From assembly GCA_963771885.1 (NCBI GenBank), contig CAVYVF010000023.1, positions 832,001 through 896,000 of the forward strand: a stretch of DNA of 64,000 nt. Reading direction: 5' to 3'. Shown here piece by piece: positions 57,777-64,000 of the stretch. Position numbers and translations under genes: made by a program. This DNA is from Candidatus Bathyarchaeota archaeon (GTDB taxonomy: Archaea > Thermoproteota > Bathyarchaeia > TCS64). The notes under the pieces were generated by a model, which worked only from the letters and a program-made list of their open reading frames with translations, was not told where the DNA came from and searched no databases. The first letter of the stretch is position 1. Every line of letters begins with the position of its first letter.

Positions 57777-58863
57777 CTCCTCTTCCTGCGTCGGCTTCTC
57801 AAAATACCTGTGCAGCGAAGCGGGCAGTGTCTTATAATCAGCGCCCTTGATGTTGGAAGTTAGATCAACGCTGTTGAAGGTGTCTATGAAGAGAACCACC
57901 TTGTCGGTCTCGCCTCGCGCCTTGAGATAGTCGAGGCCCCCGTAGAGAGTCTTCGACGTGTAGGTGGGATCAAGGGTTAGCCCCTCTAGCTCCTTCGCCT
58001 GCTTGAGGATGGAGATGCACTCGGGAGTGAAGTCGGCGTAGCACCTGCCGAGGTAGTCCCTTAGCATTATCAGCTCGTCGGGTCTCGGCTTGACCTCGGG
58101 GACGCTGGGGTCGGTCCTCCTCATGAAGGCATTGATGTTGGCGATCATACCCGCGAACTTATCGACTGTTATATACCAGGGCAAAGAGACCTGAACCGCG
58201 GCGACCCGCGTCTTCATACCTGCGAGCTCTGAAGCCGAGCTGAAGTCCCGAGGCGGTGCCGAGCAATCCGGCGGCGGCGAGCACGTAGTCGGGCTCTGGT
58301 AACTCGCCCTGTTCCACCTGCTTCCTGATCTCGAAAGCTGCGTTTACATATCCCATGTTGCCGACGGGACTGCTCGCACCCGCGGGGACATAGTAGGGCT
58401 TCCCGCCCCTGAGCGCCTCCCAGCCATAGGTGGCGGCAAAGAGGAGTAACTCCACCGGCGTATTCGGGGCGAACCGGAGCTCGGCGCCGTAGTGCTTGTC
58501 GAGGAGAAGGTTCCTCCGGACGTACTCTGCGTTGGGCTGGTCGAATACGACGCCGACAACGCGGAAGTCCATCTTCTTCCCGTAGATGGTTGTGGCGAGG
58601 ACTTGGTTCAATCCGGAGCCGCCGATGCAAATCAGCGTCTTCCGCCCCTTAGCCTTCGCATCGGCGAGAACCCACTCCAGCTTGCGCACCTTGTTGCCGC
58701 CATAGACTGCGGAGCTCATGTCATCACGCTTGACGTAGAGGTCGGTAAACCCATATGCTTTCCCGAGTTTCTTGAGCCTCTGTATAGGAGTCGGAAAGTC
58801 TCCGAGACTAACCCACGGTATGGCTGAAAGACCCGTATACTCTTCAAATATGATGGGCTTCAA
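57756..58863 (-). CDS. D-cysteine desulfhydrase/ACC deaminase family PLP enzyme, frameshift at ~58228
   Basis: PTP, VKRDD, GGNKVRKLE, LDPTYTSK across two frames. Confidence 0.87.
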
Positions 58864-58971
58864 GGCGCCTCATATCATGGTTACCCAAGTTTGGATAAGA
58901 TTAACTAGCACCACTTGCCCCGGCTAGTGTTAAATACCCTATCGCGGTGCTATCCATGAAAGGTGTTGTAG

Positions 58972-60063
58972 ATGCCGAGCAAACCTTACATCAAGTTGAA
59001 TGCCGGTGACCCCGACGTTGAGGCCCCGAAGTACGCCCTCGAGGCGGTTCAAGACGCCATAAAGAAGGGCGGTGACTGGACCCACTACGGCGGCGCGGAG
59101 ATACCAAAACAGTTCCGCCTAGCTGTCGTCGACTACTACAAAAAGTTCATCGGCCCCGAGTACAAGGAGTCGCAGGTCCTCCCGGTGGCGGGTAGCAGCG
59201 CCGCGCTCTACATCGCGCTCTCCTCATGCCTCAAGGAGGGGGACGAGATCATGCTCTGGGAGCCCAGCTACAGCAACCACTACGTGATGCTCAAGGAGAT
59301 GGGCATCAAGATGACTATCCCCGAGCTGCCGAGGGAGAAGAAGTACCATATGGACCTCGACAAGCTCTCCAGCTACATTTCGAAGAAGACGAAGGCCGTG
59401 CTTGTCTGCAACCCCAACAACCCCACGGGAAGCGTCTATACGAAGAAGGAAATTGAGGCAGTTGGCGACCTCGCGGAGGACCACGACCTCGCCATACTCA
59501 GCGACGAGATCTACCTCCACTACGTCTACGACAATAACAAGTTCGTTGCCCCGAGTACCATCGGGAACCTGAAGGAGAGGACGATCAACATCATGAGCTT
59601 CAGTAAGACTTTCAGCATGACGGGCTGGAGGCTCGGATACGTCATCGTACCCGATAAATATCTTCCGAAGGCTCAGTCGATGATGCGCGTCGCAGCTCCC
59701 CGCCCGGCGACCTTTATCTACCCTGCAGGCGTCGCCTGCCTGCGCGGCGACTTCAAGTACGTCGAGGAGAGGCGCAAGGAGTACCAGGCGCGCCGCGACT
59801 ACTTCACAAAGGCTATCGACGACATGGGTATGCCCTGCCACAAGTTCGAGGGCGCCTTCTACGCCTGGTTCGACGCGAGGAAGTACGGGCTAAAGAGCGA
59901 GGACTTCATCGCGCGGCTGGAGAAGGAGGAGAACTGCGCGCTGAGCAGCGGAGCGGCGTTCGGCACCAAGCAGGAAGGCTTCATCAGAGTTCCTATGACC
60001 GCGCCGATTCCCGTACTCAAGGATGTCGTCGAGCGCGTCAAGAGCTTTACGAGTAAGCTGTAG
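58972..60063 (+). CDS. Class I/II PLP-dependent aminotransferase
   Basis: GDPD, NPNNPTG, SDEIY, SFSKTFSMTGWRLG. Confidence 0.93.
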   Translation: MPSKPYIKLNAGDPDVEAPKYALEAVQDAIKKGGDWTHYGGAEIPKQFRLAVVDYYKKFIGPEYKESQVLPVAGSSAALYIALSSCLKEGDEIMLWEPSYSNHYVMLKEMGIKMTIPELPREKKYHMDLDKLSSYISKKTKAVLVCNPNNPTGSVYTKKEIEAVGDLAEDHDLAILSDEIYLHYVYDNNKFVAPSTIGNLKERTINIMSFSKTFSMTGWRLGYVIVPDKYLPKAQSMMRVAAPRPATFIYPAGVACLRGDFKYVEERRKEYQARRDYFTKAIDDMGMPCHKFEGAFYAWFDARKYGLKSEDFIARLEKEENCALSSGAAFGTKQEGFIRVPMTAPIPVLKDVVERVKSFTSKL

Positions 60064-60178
60064 GCGCTTCTGAATAACACGCGACGGTAGCACCGCATTT
60101 TTCATCTAAATATTGTGACATTTGCATACATTTTGTATCCCCTATGGTTTTTTATTGGGTGTGTGTCGTGGTATTCCC

Positions 60179-61135
60179 ATGCTCGTTCTGAGCGATCAGG
60201 ATATCGCGAAGCTTCTAACGATGGAGGAGGCCATCGAGGCGGTCGAGGACGCCTTCGCGCAGCTACGCCGGGGCAAGGTCGTGATGCCGACTAGGAGCAC
60301 GATTATGTTACCGAGGTACAACGGTAGCATCAGCTTCATGCCCTCCTACCTCGAGGAGTCCGGAGCGCAGGCGACGAAGATAATCAGCATCTACCCCGAC
60401 AACCCGAAGAGGGGGCTCCCAACGACGGCGGCGTGGATCGTGGTGAACAACCCCGAGACAGGGCAGGTCGAGGCGTTCATGGACGGCACCTACATCACCG
60501 GCGTGAGGACCGGCGCAGTCTCAGGTGTCGCTGCGAAGTACCTTGCCCCTAGTGACGCAAAGGTAGCCGCCGTCTTCGGTGCGGGCGCACAGGCGCGTAA
60601 CCAGGCGTGGGCTGCCGCAACTGTGCGTAAACTCGAGGAGATCAGGGTCTTCGACCCCATAAAGCCTGCCGTCGACAAATTCGCAGCTGATATGGAGGCG
60701 AAGCTCGGCATACCCATCATCAAAGCGGCAAGCGGCGAGGAAGCATGTAAGGGGGCGGACATGGTACTTACCGCTACTACCTCGAAGACCCCCGTGGTTA
60801 AGCGCAAGTGGCTCGGCGACAAGGTTCATGTCTCAGCTATAGGTGCCTTCTACCCCGATTGGAGGGAGCTAGAAACAGGCATAATAGCCGACGCCAAGGT
60901 CGTCATCGACGAGTGGGAGGCGATAAAACTCGAGTCAGGTGACATTCTCATCCCCATACAGGAAGGTGCTATCAGTGAGTCGGACGTCTACGCGGAACTC
61001 GGTGAGCTAGTTACGGGTGAGAAGAAGGGAAGGATCCCCGGTGATGCGCTAACTGTATTCAAGAGCGTCGGGATAGCGATCCAGGACTCCTCAGTCGCCA
61101 GCCTAGTCCTCAAGAAAGTTAGGGAAGTAAAGTAG
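60179..61135 (+). CDS. Ornithine cyclodeaminase/mu-crystallin family (archaeal alanine dehydrogenase-like)
   Basis: MP, K...YP.NP..GLPT, T..RTGA, GAGAQA, FKSVG.AIQD. Confidence 0.9.
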   Translation: MLVLSDQDIAKLLTMEEAIEAVEDAFAQLRRGKVVMPTRSTIMLPRYNGSISFMPSYLEESGAQATKIISIYPDNPKRGLPTTAAWIVVNNPETGQVEAFMDGTYITGVRTGAVSGVAAKYLAPSDAKVAAVFGAGAQARNQAWAAATVRKLEEIRVFDPIKPAVDKFAADMEAKLGIPIIKAASGEEACKGADMVLTATTSKTPVVKRKWLGDKVHVSAIGAFYPDWRELETGIIADAKVVIDEWEAIKLESGDILIPIQEGAISESDVYAELGELVTGEKKGRIPGDALTVFKSVGIAIQDSSVASLVLKKVREVK

Positions 61136-61243
61136 CGCCTATCCTGAAAATAATCTGGAAACTCAGGGGCTTATTTTGCGCCGCAAGAAGTCAAATGGGT
61201 GCCTTTTATCCTTTAGATACGCCCAGTATAGCCAGTGATACGA

Positions 61244-61961
61244 ATGCGCATTGACGTCGTCATGCTGATAGGTGGATTATCACAGGCAGACCTCCAGCGG
61301 AGGATAGAGATACTGAAGAGCTACGCCTCACCGGGCACGGAGGTTAACCTCGTCTTCACGAGGAATCCGCCGCCATCTGTGGACTCTCTCGCCGAGATGG
61401 AGCAGGCAGCCCCAGGCATATTGGAGCGTGTCGTCAAGTCTGAGGAGGAGGGCGCCGACGCGATTCTAATCTGGGGTGGCCACGACCCGAGCCTACCTCA
61501 GCTCACGCAGTCTTGTCGATATACCCGTTATTGGTCCCGGCAGCGCCTCGATGCACGTCGCCGGTTTCCTCGCCGACTATTTCAGCCTCATAGTGCAGCT
61601 CCCCGAGGTGGAGCAGCTCGCCTGGCGCCAAATCAGGGACTACCGCCTTGAGGAGAAGTGCGTTGGAGTCTACAGCGTAGACATCCCCGTTCTGGAGCTT
61701 GGGAAGCCTGAGAGCTACGACGCCGTCAAGGAGACGGTCATCGAGTCGATCGACGATGGCGCAGACGCGGTGTGCTTCGGCTGCATGGCGCTAAACAACC
61801 ACGTTGACAGGCTCAAAGAGGAGCTCGCCGAGTCCCACCCCGGCGCCACCATCGTTCACCCAGGCAGGGTGTCAATTAGGTTGGCTGAGATGCTCGTCGA
61901 GCTCGGCCTTACTCAGAGCAGGTTCACCTACCCGAGTCCGCCCAAGCCCGTGAAGCTCTAG
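61244..61961 (+). CDS. Asp/Glu/hydantoin racemase-fold protein, frameshift at ~61495
   Basis: PP.SV.S..E, EG.DA...DP.L...R..V.IPVIG, DGADAVCFGC. Confidence 0.82.
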
Positions 61962-61963
61962 GA

Positions 61964-63487
61964 ATGCCTATACTCCCCACGGCGCTATCCTTCTCCGACT
62001 TGAAGCGCCCCTCCATCTCCCCAGCCCTCGCCCTATTCCTACTCTCCCCATTCGTGGGCGAACTCCTCTCGGGCTCCTCACCGCCTGTCGAGTACTTCGC
62101 CCTACCCGGCTTCGTGATCCTCCACCTGCTATATGGCGGTGGCGCCGTGTTGGCGCGTGAGCTCAAGGTCAGGTGGCGCCTCGGCGTGGGGAGTCTGATA
62201 CTGCTCGGCTGCGCCTACGGTATCATCGAGGAGGGAATAATGGTTGCGAGCTTCTTCAACCCTGGCTGGGTCGACCTTGGTGCGCTCGGCGTCTACGGGC
62301 GGTGGCTCGGCGTTAACTGGGTCTGGTCCGCGGGGCTTACCGTCTACCACGCCCTCGTCAGCATCACGGCGCCAGTGCTCCTCGTCGAGCTCACCTACCC
62401 GAGCCGCGGGGGCGAACCTTGGCTATCGAGGCGTTGGCTCGCGGCGGTCGCGGTCGCCTTCGTCGGCGACGTTCTCTTCGGTGTCGTCGGCTTCAGCGCC
62501 ATGCTCAGTTACTACGCGCCGGCTACGCACCTGCTCGGCGCCCTCGCTGTCGCCGCGCTCTTCGTGCTCGCCGCGAGGCGCCTCTCAGCTGACTTCCTCC
62601 GGCGTGGCGCGAAGCCGTCGAGGCGACCGAGGTTCTTCTTCGCCATTGGACTGCTCGGCGCGCTGCTGAGTGCCATCGGGCTCTACGTGTTGCCGAACAT
62701 CCCCGGGATGCCGCCCATCGTTCCAATCGCCGCAGTAGTAGCCGTGGCAGTGCTCGTTATCAGGTACCTGTCCGGCTTCTGCTGGAGGTGCGCAACACCG
62801 GTCCACGTCTTCGCCCTTGTCGCTGGCTCCCTCGCCGTCTTTGTGCCCCTCAGCCTCATACAGGAGTTCGACGAGACTCGGCTCGACAACACGACTGGCA
62901 TGGGCATCGTTGGGCTCCTCTTCGCATTGGGTCTAGTCCTCTTATACAGGAGGCTACAGAGGCAAAGCCGTGAAAACATGAAGAGTAGCGGAGCTTTCCA
63001 CCCGATGAGGAGAAGAGACAAGGAGATCACGGATCCCGCCGAGATGAGGGCTGTCCTCGGTGAGGCGACATACGTCACCGTCGCCATGAGCGTGGGGGAC
63101 GAGCCCTACCTCGCTACACTCAGCCACGGCTACGACACTGAGAGGCACTGCGTCTATTTCCACTGCGCCCCCGAGGGCAGGAAGGTCGAGATGCTTAGGG
63201 CGAACTCCCGGGTTTGGGGGCAGGTGCTCGTCGACGGCGGCTATCAACAGGGGAGCTGCGACCACCTCTACAGGACTGTTCAGTTCCGTGGTAAGGTCAC
63301 GTTCGTAGAGGATCAGGCGGAGAAGGAGCACGCCCTCAGAGTCATGATACGCCACCTCGACGAGGACCCCGAGAAGGTCATCTCCGAGCAGATCACGCCC
63401 CACTCGACGGGACGCATCCTCATCGGCAGGATCGAGATCGCCGAGATGACTGGAAAGAAGGCGGACAAGGTCATAGTCCAGTTATAG
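61964..63487 (+). CDS. Multi-pass membrane protein in frame with a pyridoxamine-5'-phosphate oxidase-like (NimA-type) flavin-binding domain
   Basis: TM region with LLYGGGA...YGIIEEG; from ~62978 MRRRDKEI, PY, YFHCA.EGRK, YRTV, IAEMTGKK. Confidence 0.75.
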   Translation: MPILPTALSFSDLKRPSISPALALFLLSPFVGELLSGSSPPVEYFALPGFVILHLLYGGGAVLARELKVRWRLGVGSLILLGCAYGIIEEGIMVASFFNPGWVDLGALGVYGRWLGVNWVWSAGLTVYHALVSITAPVLLVELTYPSRGGEPWLSRRWLAAVAVAFVGDVLFGVVGFSAMLSYYAPATHLLGALAVAALFVLAARRLSADFLRRGAKPSRRPRFFFAIGLLGALLSAIGLYVLPNIPGMPPIVPIAAVVAVAVLVIRYLSGFCWRCATPVHVFALVAGSLAVFVPLSLIQEFDETRLDNTTGMGIVGLLFALGLVLLYRRLQRQSRENMKSSGAFHPMRRRDKEITDPAEMRAVLGEATYVTVAMSVGDEPYLATLSHGYDTERHCVYFHCAPEGRKVEMLRANSRVWGQVLVDGGYQQGSCDHLYRTVQFRGKVTFVEDQAEKEHALRVMIRHLDEDPEKVISEQITPHSTGRILIGRIEIAEMTGKKADKVIVQL

Positions 63488-63570
63488 GCATCTCTGCACA
63501 CTGCCGACGCCCCACCACTACCTATAAACACCCGAAAGGAATAGAGTCAAGGAATCACGGAGTTGAGCCG

Positions 63571-63801
63571 TTGGCAAAGAAGTTCAACGTGAAGGTGGAC
63601 GAGGCGACCTGTAAGGGCTGCGGCATCTGCGTCCACATCTGCGAGAAGAAGGGCGGCAAGAATCTCAAGTACGGTCAGAAGAGGACCCTACTCGGAGGCG
63701 CACTGCCCGAGGGCAAAGGGAGCTGCACTGGCTGCCGCTGGTGCGAGCGCTACTGCCCAGACTTCGCCATAACAATCGAGGAGGAGAAGACGGATGCTTA
63801 A
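63571..63801 (+). CDS. korD: 2x[4Fe-4S] ferredoxin, delta subunit of 2-oxoacid:ferredoxin oxidoreductase
   Basis: CKGCGICVHIC and CTGCRWCERYCPDFAI; overlaps alpha subunit start. Confidence 0.88.
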   Translation: MAKKFNVKVDEATCKGCGICVHICEKKGGKNLKYGQKRTLLGGALPEGKGSCTGCRWCERYCPDFAITIEEEKTDA

Positions 63802-64000
63802 GCCCGGAAAGCACCTAGTTTTGGGTAACATAGCCGCCGCCGAAGGCGCGCTGCGAGCAGGGTGTCGGCTCTTCGCCGGCTACCCCATCACGCCCGCTAA
63901 TGAGATCACCGAGTACATGAGCGCCGAATTGCCAAAGGTCGGTGGCTACTTCCTCCAGATGGAGGACGAGATCGCGAGCATCGCCGCCGTAATTGGTAGC
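63794..64000 (+). CDS. korA: 2-oxoacid:ferredoxin oxidoreductase alpha subunit (partial, runs off window)
   Basis: MLKPGKHLVLGNIAAAEGAL.AGC..FAGYPITPANEI...QMEDEIASIAA. Confidence 0.92.
   Translation, partial: MLKPGKHLVLGNIAAAEGALRAGCRLFAGYPITPANEITEYMSAELPKVGGYFLQMEDEIASIAAVIGS

Noticed and set aside
1..64000. CRISPR array, cas genes, transposase, integrase, rRNA, or stop-codon reassignment
   Set aside because: No regularly spaced repeats or recognisable motifs found by eye; gene breaks are frameshifts rather than in-frame TAG/TGA

Overview
Archaeal chromosomal segment. The gene set (F420-dependent Mtd, a stand-alone ESCRT-III/CdvB paralogue, eL38, SmAP3, aMBF1, two Albas, Cbf5, aRF1, archaeosine TGT, many peptidases and amino-acid catabolic enzymes) is most consistent with Bathyarchaeia; this is an inference and no search was run. 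Most of the window is GC-rich housekeeping and peptide/amino-acid metabolism genes, plus four intron-less tRNA genes with encoded CCA (Gln-TTG, Ile-GAT, Glu-TTC, and a CAT tRNA with Ile2-type acceptor stem). No CRISPR array, transposase or integrase is visible. About a dozen genes, including conserved housekeeping ones, are broken by 1-2 nt indels, which points to uncorrected sequencing errors rather than decay. Best candidates for new biology: (1) a CARF-fold/winged-helix regulator with a degenerate ligand motif, divergent from an nrdH-nrdD class III ribonucleotide reductase operon, with motifs shared by both flanking intergenic regions; (2) an unexplained ~120-nt multibranched structured element downstream of an alba gene; (3) a tandem Lrp pair in front of a GlnK-less amt; (4) enzymes with altered catalytic residues (one-cysteine racemase-fold protein, His-to-Glu gamma-CA, AbgB variant); (5) a secreted protein with an AABB layout of two domains I do not recognise.
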